Source of the DNA: a virus | Length of the DNA: 64,000 bases | IMG/VR virus record: IMGVR_UViG_3300023179_000030 | Location: 62,242-126,241 of that record | Direction: 5' to 3' (one strand) | In this document: one piece after another, positions 56,031 to 64,000 of the stretch | Position numbering within the stretch: the first letter of the stretch is position 1 | Layout of the letters: each line of letters begins with the position of its first letter | Notes under the pieces: model-generated | What the model saw: the letters and a program-made list of their open reading frames with translations, nothing else | What the model was told of the DNA's origin: nothing | The model's database searches: none | Program-made: the position numbers and the translations under genes

Positions 56031-57687
56031 CGGCGTTCAATGATTCAAGCTTTCTTTCATCTAACTCAGTGGAATCTTTGGGATCGTCTTCATCCACTTC
56101 TTCAAATAAGACTCTAAATTGACTGTGAGAATTAACAGATTTTTTGCCACTGAGCCCACGGGTACCAGTTATTCCCATCCAAAATTTGCTGTGTTCCTCA
56201 ATGATGTCCAAACTTTTTTGTTTATCACTGGTTTCGAATATAGCATTAATGATGTCCCTAAATAAAACTCGGTCAAAGGTCTCGCGTATTAACATGCCAG
56301 GAATAGAAGTACCAGATTCATATAGCCTATTGGCTTCTTGAACTGCTTCAATATGAGCCCAGATATTGTGACCCATTTGTATTGCATAACTAAAACTATC
56401 CCAACTTGTGGCGCCCACTTTGCCTATTTTATTTTTATCCCCCAGTGTCAACCAATATTTGGGATCGTTTAACAGTAACGGGTCTTTGAATAATTTAACA
56501 TGATCTATTCCGTCAGCGTTGACCTTGTTCCAGTCAGGGGTCCCTGCACCGTATATGCAGATGTCCTTCATTTGTGTACGCTTACTTATTGGGCTGGCCA
56601 TGAGTTCTTTAAGAATTTTATCTTGTAAAATAGCTTCACGCCAATTTCTAGTATCCAGTGAGTAACGTCGATCATCAGCACCAGATGTCATTCTATAAGT
56701 CCAATTACCTCGATCCTTGTATTCATTGTGATGATAAATCATACCATTGGCTGTGGCTAAAAAGGCACTGGCGGCATCAAAACTAGCGGTCCAATTTTCA
56801 TTATGATTTTTTCTAATGGCATTTTGTATGTCGGTTAACATGCATGCCCATTCTAATTTAGCCACTCCCAAGAAGTGCATCCAATCGTGTATTCCTTTTT
56901 CTAATAGACCATCGTGTCTGAGTTCCACCAGTCTGCGTAATATCAAGTGAATTTCACTCATATTATTGCCCCCCATGGCCCAGCCATTAAAATGTTCATT
57001 GGGATATTGTTTGGGGTCGCAGAACTTCTTTACGTGGCTATACCAATCGTCGGCTTCACGGAAATTACTGCCTTGTAGTACATTCAAAAATTTGGCATCA
57101 CCATTGCGATTACGAATAAAGTATTCATTATTATACAATGTGGTGTTAATACAATCGGCATAGGTTTTTATCCCTACTTTTTTACCTGCTTCTTTGTCGT
57201 GTGTTACCCAAGTTGGAACATCCAAAGTCATAGCATAGTCACTGATGCCATCCAGCCATTTTAACACACTGGCTCTGCGTTTTTCGCTTTTTACATCTGT
57301 GGGGTCAGCCCAGTTTCCCTCCCAGACTCCCTTGGCAATTTGGAATCCTCCACTGTCTCCCAAGATCATGGTGTTTTTCCTATCGCGATTTCTAATCATG
57401 TCCTCTGATGGATCTGGAATAGATAAGTCCAAATTAGCATGACCTGCGCTGTAGAGACTCCACTTATAGGTAAAATATCCTTGATCGGCATTTAGATAAT
57501 TTAACCCTTCTACTCCGTGTTCAAAACTTACAGGTAAACGTGCGGGGTCTACATAGTTCTCAACTCGTTGTTTGCCAATGAAGGTAGAATAAAACCCGCT
57601 AAGTGCCGGTAAGAAAACAGCATAACGAGATTTGCCATCAGCGGCTAGTTGCTTGGCAGTTAGATTGTCGCGATCCATACTGATCAC
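56023..57687 (-). CDS. tRNA-guanine-transglycosylase-fold protein (DpdA-like DNA base-exchange enzyme)
   Basis: LGDSGGFQ, MTLDVP, NVLQG, GWAMGG, MHFLGV and SFDAAS in TGT order. Sits beside folE/queD/queE and the replisome. Confidence 0.75.
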   Translation of the reverse strand: MISMDRDNLTAKQLAADGKSRYAVFLPALSGFYSTFIGKQRVENYVDPARLPVSFEHGVEGLNYLNADQGYFTYKWSLYSAGHANLDLSIPDPSEDMIRNRDRKNTMILGDSGGFQIAKGVWEGNWADPTDVKSEKRRASVLKWLDGISDYAMTLDVPTWVTHDKEAGKKVGIKTYADCINTTLYNNEYFIRNRNGDAKFLNVLQGSNFREADDWYSHVKKFCDPKQYPNEHFNGWAMGGNNMSEIHLILRRLVELRHDGLLEKGIHDWMHFLGVAKLEWACMLTDIQNAIRKNHNENWTASFDAASAFLATANGMIYHHNEYKDRGNWTYRMTSGADDRRYSLDTRNWREAILQDKILKELMASPISKRTQMKDICIYGAGTPDWNKVNADGIDHVKLFKDPLLLNDPKYWLTLGDKNKIGKVGATSWDSFSYAIQMGHNIWAHIEAVQEANRLYESGTSIPGMLIRETFDRVLFRDIINAIFETSDKQKSLDIIEEHSKFWMGITGTRGLSGKKSVNSHSQFRVLFEEVDEDDPKDSTELDERKLESLNADE

Positions 57688-58427
57688 TTGGTCTGAGCCG
57701 GCAAGATGTAATTGTACAGGGCCATTCCGCTATCCACTGTAATCATTGCTGCCCCTTCATCGCTGATTTTAAAAGTTTTGTCTCCGGGTAAACTTAGAAT
57801 ACTTAGCACTGCTGTCACAGGCCAAGCCCAAGCCTTGGATAATGTTCCAGTAACACCTGCTTGGAACACAAAGTTACCCGCATGGCTGCTGTGATCGCCG
57901 AAGAAAAACTTTAGATCGCCATTTTCAGTTTTAGCAACAAACGTGCTTTCTTCACTGTTGGCGCTGGCCTGAAATTTTAAACGTTGAATGCTGGCTGCGC
58001 TGGGTACAATGTCTACATTCCAATTTACATTTTTGAACTTGATTGTTTTCAATTTGTCATTGACGATTTCAGAGCTCATAAACCTGTAATCGTTTTTAAA
58101 GTCTCCAACTTTGTTTTCAAAGTGAATGCCCACTGGTACATTTTCATCATTTTTAATCTGAGTTACAACTTTGAGTTTCGCTCCTTCCTTGTACTCTGAT
58201 ATGTTCAAAATTGTATTAAGTTTGCCTAGGTTTGGCATACCAAAAACTCCAATGAGGTTGCTGATAATGCCATTGAATTTGGCCTGAACAATAACAGATC
58301 TGTCTTCCGCTAGTGCCGAAAGCTGTGTATCAACTTCAGTGCCTGTGACCTTTACTAAATCAATAAAGCCAAGTCCATGTGTGTGTTGAACGATGTCGCG
58401 TAGAACATCTTGAAGGTTATCTACCAT
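57684..58427 (-). CDS. gp45: Sliding clamp (gp45-like)
   Basis: About 247 aa next to PolB. FGMPNLGKL, YRFM, ISDEGA and YILPA end. Confidence 0.7.
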   Translation of the reverse strand: MVDNLQDVLRDIVQHTHGLGFIDLVKVTGTEVDTQLSALAEDRSVIVQAKFNGIISNLIGVFGMPNLGKLNTILNISEYKEGAKLKVVTQIKNDENVPVGIHFENKVGDFKNDYRFMSSEIVNDKLKTIKFKNVNWNVDIVPSAASIQRLKFQASANSEESTFVAKTENGDLKFFFGDHSSHAGNFVFQAGVTGTLSKAWAWPVTAVLSILSLPGDKTFKISDEGAAMITVDSGMALYNYILPAQTK

Positions 58428-58451
58428 AATTATCCTTAAAGTTATTTTATG

Positions 58452-58481
58452 ATTGTAGCATAAATGCCGGTGAAATTACAA
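58452..58481 (-). promoter_or_regulatory. sigma70-type promoter heading the clamp-TGT-oxidoreductase run
   Basis: TTGTAA-18-TACAAT with extended TG. Confidence 0.45.
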
Positions 58482-58530
58482 GAGAAATGCTGAATTTTAT
58501 TCTCGTCATTTCACCATCTATTAGAGACTA

Positions 58531-61500
58531 TTATTCAAATGTAAAAAGAGAGTTAAAAGTGGAATCAATGTCAGTGTTCTCTGTAATGTGCCAGTTGAGT
58601 ACCCCCAAGAGGTTCTCGACCTTTTGATCCACGATACCAGCTTCCATCAATGAATCATCGAATGGAAGATCCCTAAACCAACTTGGAATACGAGTTTCGT
58701 CAGTGGGGTATCCCACACTGGTATAGCCCATGGGGTTATTTTTTAACTTACATACTATGGTTTTCATGCCATCTACGATTGCCAAACTGTGATTGTCACC
58801 GTGTAATCTCCTAAGATTATTCCAATTCATGGCAGCTCTGACATGACCTGGCATAGAGGCGCGGCCTTTTACATGTTCTGTTTCTGTGTAATTTGTTAAG
58901 TTATTAACCCGTTTTGGTGTTCCTTTTTCCCAGGGTTTTTTATCCTGAAATTTAATTTTAAACTCTCGAACTTTGGCAATGATCTCATCGCGTTGAGCAC
59001 CAGTGAGTACGTCTAGTAAAATCTCACTGAGAAAATCTTGGACTACTTTGGGAGTGTCGCTGCGTTTCAAGTCCAAACCCATGGCCTTGACTTTTCCTGG
59101 TTTACCATTGACATCCAACCGCTTACCTTCTTTGTCAATAATAATTGCAGCATAGCGTTTCTTTTTAATAAACAATCCCTTGCTGGCAACCAGTTCCCTA
59201 CCGCCTCGGATTATTTCACCCATACTGCGAGGGCAATGAAACGCACGTTCCATAAATCCAGGAAAACTGGCATTTACTTGGTCTGCAATGTTATCGTAGA
59301 CTTGAATGCAAGTTTCTTTGTCCCAGGGCATTGTGCCAGCCGCAACCTCAGATTTGACTACAGGCCACGCACTGAAATAGACCGAGTCTGTATTATGTAA
59401 AAGTATATCATTTCCAAAGAAAAATGGGTCTTGTTTATCTATACTGATATCATAAACATAATCATCTATTTCCCCAATACATACTACACTTTTTACCGTT
59501 GTGCGTTCAACATCTATTTTGTCACCTTTTGAATGACATAAACAAATAATTAGATCATTGTCTAAAATTTCAGTTGGTTTAACTTCTATTAGAAAACCAT
59601 CTCTATCGACCATTACACTATGATCTTCAGTTACTTTGACTATTTTTCCGTTTTCTAGTGTTATTTCATAAATATTCTTTTTAGTTTTATGACGCATAAC
59701 ATAAGTAATTTCACTCATCACCGGAGAATCTTCAAACGCATTAAACCCAATTACTTTAGCAAAGGAGTGTGTGCCATATTCTTTGCCTTCTATAATGGAA
59801 TGATGTTGACATTGATTAAATAACTCCTTGATAGTTATTTCTCCTGAGTCGGTTTTAATTTTTGTGTCCTCAGTAACGCTGTCACCATAAATAATTGACT
59901 CTCCTCGATGGTCAGCATTTCCAGTTATGATATCGTTAACTGTGGCAGACATATGCTTGGCTATGGCTCTACCAGTTAACGTAGTTGATTGACCAATTCT
60001 TATGTCTGAAAATCTACAACCTGGATTCAAAATTGCACCATACAGTGAATTCAAATTAATTTTTTTCACCAATTGCCTTTTGTCCCAGTATTCTATATCT
60101 TCAGCATTGCCCGCGGCCTGAGCTTCTTTGAGTTTCTTTTGTAGATCTTTACGTTCAGAATACCAACGAGCCAATAAACCTGGTATTATACCAGGTTTTT
60201 CATAACTAAAAATGGTCCCATTAGCGCTGAGTATCCAGGGTTTACCACTGTTAAATATTATGTTCCAGACTTCGTTGGCAGTAACCGATGAGCTAGTACC
60301 ATCTGCTTCCCAGTCAATGGTTAAATTTAGTCTGTTATCACCGTTCATAACGGCTTCATACTCCAAACTACCAAACAACCCCTCCCAAGCACCAGAAAAT
60401 GTTTCACCTGCCAGCATTTTGTCGGAGATGTATTTTTCGGTATGGTCTTGTCTCAATTGCCCAATGATTGTTTCAGGCCCCATGTTGAGGGCGCGTATGG
60501 TTGATGGGTACAGGCTGTTGATGTCGATTGCTCCGATCCATTCATGCATTCCCTTTTTGGGAGTAGCAACATAGGCACCTGCCGCATGTGTTTCGTCTTC
60601 GTCTCGGCCTTTTCTATCAGGAACGACCAATCCTTTGCTGTGTGCTTCATTTATAATTGCCTGCTCCGTGGTTTGTACTACTCCCATTGTTGTGGGCAAC
60701 AACACAGTATTGTCGTGTGCAATGGTGTTGACTAAATCTAAAAAACGGAGCTTTCTATCTAGCTTTGCCAACAAACGAGTATCTTGCCTATTGTATTCAA
60801 GGAATTTTTCAAAGTCCCTGTTGTACAATTGATCCAATGTTCCTTCATAGGGCACTTTATGTTCATTTAATTCATATTCACCTATGGCATCCAAACTATA
60901 ACTATGCCGTTCCTCATAATTATATTTTCTATAGAGTTGCATGTAGTCTAAGTGAATCCTACCTATTAGGTCATAGGTGATATTCTTAGCGCCAAAACGT
61001 TCAAACTCTCTAGCTTTGGGATATTGGTCCCACAAGCATAAGCGTCTAGTATCATCTTTGCTGAGCACTCTAACAATTCTACCCACTGTATAGGGTATAT
61101 CATAGGTTTCTGAATTCCAACCACTGATGACATCGGCATCATCAATTAAATTTAGAAAGGAATCCAACATATCTTCTTCACGCTCAAAGATGTAACAATC
61201 TTCGAACTTTGAGCATATCTCCAGGGCGGTTTCCCAACTTATTGTTTTGGGTGGCAAAGCCAATGTCACCAGTCTGTCTAACCAGTCTAGATACACAGAT
61301 ATGGCAGTTATATTATTAAAGGGGTCGCTGGCAGGCGCAAATCCTCGTGAAGGGTGAAAATTTGATTCAATGTCGAAAAAAGCAGTATGCAGTTTGGGAG
61401 TATCGGCATTTAAATAATTTGTTTCAAGACATCGGTTTACTGGTTTGATGTCGCTTTCCCAAATTTGTGTTCCGCTATGCATGCGTTTTTCTTTTTGGAA

Positions 61501-61689
61501 CTCTTTACCACTGCGTGTAGTAAACTTAGTAACGGGGGTATCAAAGATGGTTCTATGCTTTCCTTTTGGATCAGAATAATAAAAAACATAATTGGCAGGG
61601 TATTCTTGATATACCCTCAAGCCATTGACACGTTCAACGACATGAACTATATCTGTTTGTTTGTCTAATAAAGCATCAATATAACTAAT
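58531..61689 (-). CDS. gp43: Family B DNA polymerase with mini-intein (ATT start)
   Basis: FDIE exonuclease, DINSLYP, KINLNSLYG, YGD|intein|TDS and KKRYA. The frame extends to AGGAG-7nt-ATT at 61689 (MSYIDA...). Confidence 0.93.
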   Translation of the reverse strand: MSYIDALLDKQTDIVHVVERVNGLRVYQEYPANYVFYYSDPKGKHRTIFDTPVTKFTTRSGKEFQKEKRMHSGTQIWESDIKPVNRCLETNYLNADTPKLHTAFFDIESNFHPSRGFAPASDPFNNITAISVYLDWLDRLVTLALPPKTISWETALEICSKFEDCYIFEREEDMLDSFLNLIDDADVISGWNSETYDIPYTVGRIVRVLSKDDTRRLCLWDQYPKAREFERFGAKNITYDLIGRIHLDYMQLYRKYNYEERHSYSLDAIGEYELNEHKVPYEGTLDQLYNRDFEKFLEYNRQDTRLLAKLDRKLRFLDLVNTIAHDNTVLLPTTMGVVQTTEQAIINEAHSKGLVVPDRKGRDEDETHAAGAYVATPKKGMHEWIGAIDINSLYPSTIRALNMGPETIIGQLRQDHTEKYISDKMLAGETFSGAWEGLFGSLEYEAVMNGDNRLNLTIDWEADGTSSSVTANEVWNIIFNSGKPWILSANGTIFSYEKPGIIPGLLARWYSERKDLQKKLKEAQAAGNAEDIEYWDKRQLVKKINLNSLYGAILNPGCRFSDIRIGQSTTLTGRAIAKHMSATVNDIITGNADHRGESIIYGDSVTEDTKIKTDSGEITIKELFNQCQHHSIIEGKEYGTHSFAKVIGFNAFEDSPVMSEITYVMRHKTKKNIYEITLENGKIVKVTEDHSVMVDRDGFLIEVKPTEILDNDLIICLCHSKGDKIDVERTTVKSVVCIGEIDDYVYDISIDKQDPFFFGNDILLHNTDSVYFSAWPVVKSEVAAGTMPWDKETCIQVYDNIADQVNASFPGFMERAFHCPRSMGEIIRGGRELVASKGLFIKKKRYAAIIIDKEGKRLDVNGKPGKVKAMGLDLKRSDTPKVVQDFLSEILLDVLTGAQRDEIIAKVREFKIKFQDKKPWEKGTPKRVNNLTNYTETEHVKGRASMPGHVRAAMNWNNLRRLHGDNHSLAIVDGMKTIVCKLKNNPMGYTSVGYPTDETRIPSWFRDLPFDDSLMEAGIVDQKVENLLGVLNWHITENTDIDSTFNSLFTFE
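59392..59880 (-). mobile_element. Contiguous mini-intein (163 aa) in PolB YGD|TDS
   Basis: Ser1 (SVTEDT), VTEDH, VYDI, terminal LLHN then Thr. No endonuclease domain. Confidence 0.9.
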
Positions 61690-61705
61690 GATAAATCTCC
61701 TGCAA

Positions 61706-61999
61706 TTAAGTAGTTAACATTCTGATGAGACCTATGCTGTCAATCGTCACCAGTAAGCAGTAATTAGCCAACATACTAAAACTTTTACGAGTCCAAGCAG
61801 CCCAGGCATACATACAGCATCCCAGCATCCAAATTGGATATAAAATCATAAGTGGAGGATTTGGCACTGTTAGAGACATCGCTATGGAGCAGCCAATACT
61901 AATGGCCCAGGCAAAGATCTCAATTGCAAACCTAATAGGGTGTGTGCGGTAGTCATCTTTTATCCACGACAAAACACCACGAGTGACATCCAAGATCAC
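61706..61999 (-). CDS. Small multi-pass membrane protein
   Basis: Three hydrophobic segments. Confidence 0.65.
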   Translation of the reverse strand: MILDVTRGVLSWIKDDYRTHPIRFAIEIFAWAISIGCSIAMSLTVPNPPLMILYPIWMLGCCMYAWAAWTRKSFSMLANYCLLVTIDSIGLIRMLTT

Positions 62000-62256
62000 A
62001 ACGTTTTTCCAACAACTTCAAGTATGGAATTCAATTCCTCATGATCTCGATTGGTATCCCCCAAGTTTGCCTTGTGGGCAATTTTAATAGCTTTGCGTAA
62101 AATAGCCGGTTTGATTTCAAGTTCTTCTGCTATTGCCTTTATGGTATCACTGAGACCTGCGGATAAATCTTCTACTTCTCGCAAAACACTCATGCCTTCA
62201 TTGACTAAATTAACTAATTTAATTTTGGCTTCGCCATTAAATGACCGTTCTGACAT
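61996..62256 (-). CDS. Small dsDNA-binding protein (T4 DsbA/GapR-like)
   Basis: Helical EVEDL...DTIKAIAEELEIKPAILRKAIKIAHK pattern. AGGAG SD. Confidence 0.55.
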   Translation of the reverse strand: MSERSFNGEAKIKLVNLVNEGMSVLREVEDLSAGLSDTIKAIAEELEIKPAILRKAIKIAHKANLGDTNRDHEELNSILEVVGKTL

Positions 62257-62274
62257 ATATACTCCTAAATAAAC

Positions 62275-62318
62275 AGTTTAACAGATTGAAAATGAAAAGT
62301 CAAACACCTTGGTGTTTG
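62275..62318 (-). promoter_or_regulatory. sigma70 promoter with overlapping palindrome
   Basis: TTGACT-17-TAAACT. CAAACACC-TT-GGTGTTTG at 62301-62318 overlaps the -35 box. Confidence 0.55.
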
Positions 62319-62333
62319 TTTTAGTCGAAAAAA

Positions 62334-62419
62334 GTGCTACCACTTTCGAGATTCTGAGTAGCGAATTCAGCAGTCTTGAGGCAGGTAGCCGCCCACACAC
62401 GGTCCTAGAGGTAGTGTGA
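62334..62419 (-). ncRNA. Candidate small pseudoknotted RNA
   Basis: Three stems plus a 3' GGTAGC complementary to loop GCTACC, followed by T6. Confidence 0.45.
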
Positions 62420-62422
62420 TCG

Positions 62423-62860
62423 TTATCTGGTGCTTGCCCTAAGCATCCAGCTGTGTTTTCTATGAGCGTCCATTCTATCAGCTAAAAAGTTACATAACCC
62501 ATATTCTCCTGCTGACTCAGAAAGATCATAGACTAATTTAAGTATTTTGACCGTTTTGTCGCTGTCAGACAGTAATTCTTCTATCATCATTGACACTGGT
62601 GGGACTTGGGTTTCGTCCTGGATCTCAGTGAGCATGCTTAATCGTGTAAAACTGCCGGGAGTATAACTTCCCAATTTGCGAATGTTTTCGGCAAAATCGT
62701 CGATACTACCGTAGACTTCTTCATAAATTTTGCCAAATAGTTCGTGGTATTCAGCAAAGTCTGGGCCCTCCACATTCCAATGATAGAAAGCAGATTTTAA
62801 ATAGAATGAAAATTCTGTAGAGAATGCAATTTTCATTGCTTTAATTAGTTCATCGTTCAT
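62423..62860 (-). CDS. dps: Dps/ferritin-like protein
   Basis: HWNVEGPDF..HELF, DDFAENIR and HRKHSWML motifs. Confidence 0.9.
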   Translation of the reverse strand: MNDELIKAMKIAFSTEFSFYLKSAFYHWNVEGPDFAEYHELFGKIYEEVYGSIDDFAENIRKLGSYTPGSFTRLSMLTEIQDETQVPPVSMMIEELLSDSDKTVKILKLVYDLSESAGEYGLCNFLADRMDAHRKHSWMLRASTR

Positions 62861-62864
62861 ATAA

Positions 62865-64000
62865 TTATTTAGTCCTTGTCTTTTTGTGCTGCGCTTTAAC
62901 TAAGCTGGGTTGTTTTTTTGGTATACTGCCAATGGGGCTAACTGGGCTGTCACCACCTAGTGTATTTGCTGATCCTGTATAAGCAGAGAAGTTTGCGCCT
63001 TCTTTAATAATTTTGGGGCTACCAAATGCACGATATGCGTCAATCTTTTGTTTGCTACTTGCTGTTTCTAATAAGAACCATCCATTCTGGTCCTGAGTCA
63101 GACCAAAATCTTTTGTCAATGATTCATCAGTTGTGCCTGTTACTGTATAGTATTTTTTACCTTCTGACAGATTGCCACCCAATCCAAAATTATAAGCAGC
63201 ATACTCTCGAGCTTCTTCTTCTGTTTCAAATGGGCCAGCAACTTCTGCACTACGACCATAGTCTCGGTTTATCCATTGCATGACATCATTGGGGCTTAAA
63301 TATCCCATATAAGATCCTCCCCAAGCATAAGGGGTATTACCAGCTATAGCAGTCTCACGCCATTTGCCACCTTCTTTGTTAATCATACCAATAAACCCTC
63401 CATCCTCTTCGTCCCCAATGGCAACAAAAAAGCCAATTTCTTGATGATCCTCATCCCCCTCATATTCTTCACCTATATTATCCCAATTACTGGCATTGCG
63501 GTCACGATCATAATGGTAAGCTTCCTCTACCCCTTGCTCTTTAACTTCGACAGGTTCGCTAGCTTTTCTCGCTGCTGCAACTCTTTTGGCTTTTTCTAAA
63601 TCTTTTGCAGTAAAAATAACTTTGCGGCCATCAGTTAGAGTCATTTCAAATTTTTTGTCTCCATCACTAGATATGGACTTTACACTTTCTATTCCTTGAC
63701 CAATTGAACTTTTTACGTTATTCCTACGATTAACCCCACTGTTCCAATTTGTCCAGACATTAGTTGGTTCACCTGTAATTTCTGAATTAACCAAATCACT
63801 TAGACGATTAATTGCACCAAAACTTAACAAACCTACTAAAGCAGTGTACCCCACTCCCTCCTTCCATCCCTCTGCCACACCTTTCTTCAAATGTGCGCTT
63901 TGTAATTCATCATTGGTAATGCACTTTACCGGCAAAGTTTCTATTTTGTTTTTAACGGCTTTGGCTAGTCTATGAAGACCATCGATGACAGTTAATTTAC
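62865..64000 (-). CDS. Partial multi-module protein with ParB-like segment and repeated xxE-G/A linkers (possible head-internal polyprotein)
   Basis: The frame is open to the right edge (..KLTVIDGLHRLAKA..). Linkers include GVAEG, VKEQGVEEA, LSEG and IKEG. Confidence 0.55.
   Translation of the reverse strand, partial: KLTVIDGLHRLAKAVKNKIETLPVKCITNDELQSAHLKKGVAEGWKEGVGYTALVGLLSFGAINRLSDLVNSEITGEPTNVWTNWNSGVNRRNNVKSSIGQGIESVKSISSDGDKKFEMTLTDGRKVIFTAKDLEKAKRVAAARKASEPVEVKEQGVEEAYHYDRDRNASNWDNIGEEYEGDEDHQEIGFFVAIGDEEDGGFIGMINKEGGKWRETAIAGNTPYAWGGSYMGYLSPNDVMQWINRDYGRSAEVAGPFETEEEAREYAAYNFGLGGNLSEGKKYYTVTGTTDESLTKDFGLTQDQNGWFLLETASSKQKIDAYRAFGSPKIIKEGANFSAYTGSANTLGGDSPVSPIGSIPKKQPSLVKAQHKKTRTK

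Noticed and set aside
62334-62419. tRNA gene
   Set aside because: No cloverleaf, TTCRA T-loop or CCA end.

Overview
This window is a fragment of a large, AT-rich, distantly T4-related myovirus genome using the standard genetic code. No tRNA, rRNA or CRISPR array was seen. Left end (1-9.3 kb): a partial endonuclease-like ORF, a tape-measure-like gene, a gp26/gp51-like pair, a structured non-coding region, a Holliday-junction resolvase, gp46 fractured by an atypically split intein, gp47 and a gp55-like late sigma factor. 9.3-35.3 kb (+): baseplate and tail module, including a 4335-aa wedge protein. 35-39 kb: nucleotide metabolism (kinase/nucleotidyltransferase fusion, dCMP deaminase, thyA, DHFR). 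39-48 kb (-): early genes (MoxR AAA + vWA, RNase H, hypotheticals) behind strong sigma70 promoters. 49-62 kb (-): the most notable locus. A 7-deazaguanine cluster (folE, queD, queE, a second QueD-like protein, a TGT/DpdA-like transglycosylase) is interleaved with a GT-B glycosyltransferase and two sugar/polyol oxidoreductases, directly downstream of the sliding clamp and intein-containing DNA polymerase B. A preQ1-I-like pseudoknot plus an SD-sequestering hairpin precedes queD. I infer a glycosylated 7-deazaguanine DNA hypermodification system under possible riboswitch control. Other notable signals are ATT start codons, leaderless genes, a likely -1 frameshift and two candidate ncRNAs. All family assignments come from motif recognition by eye, not from searches.
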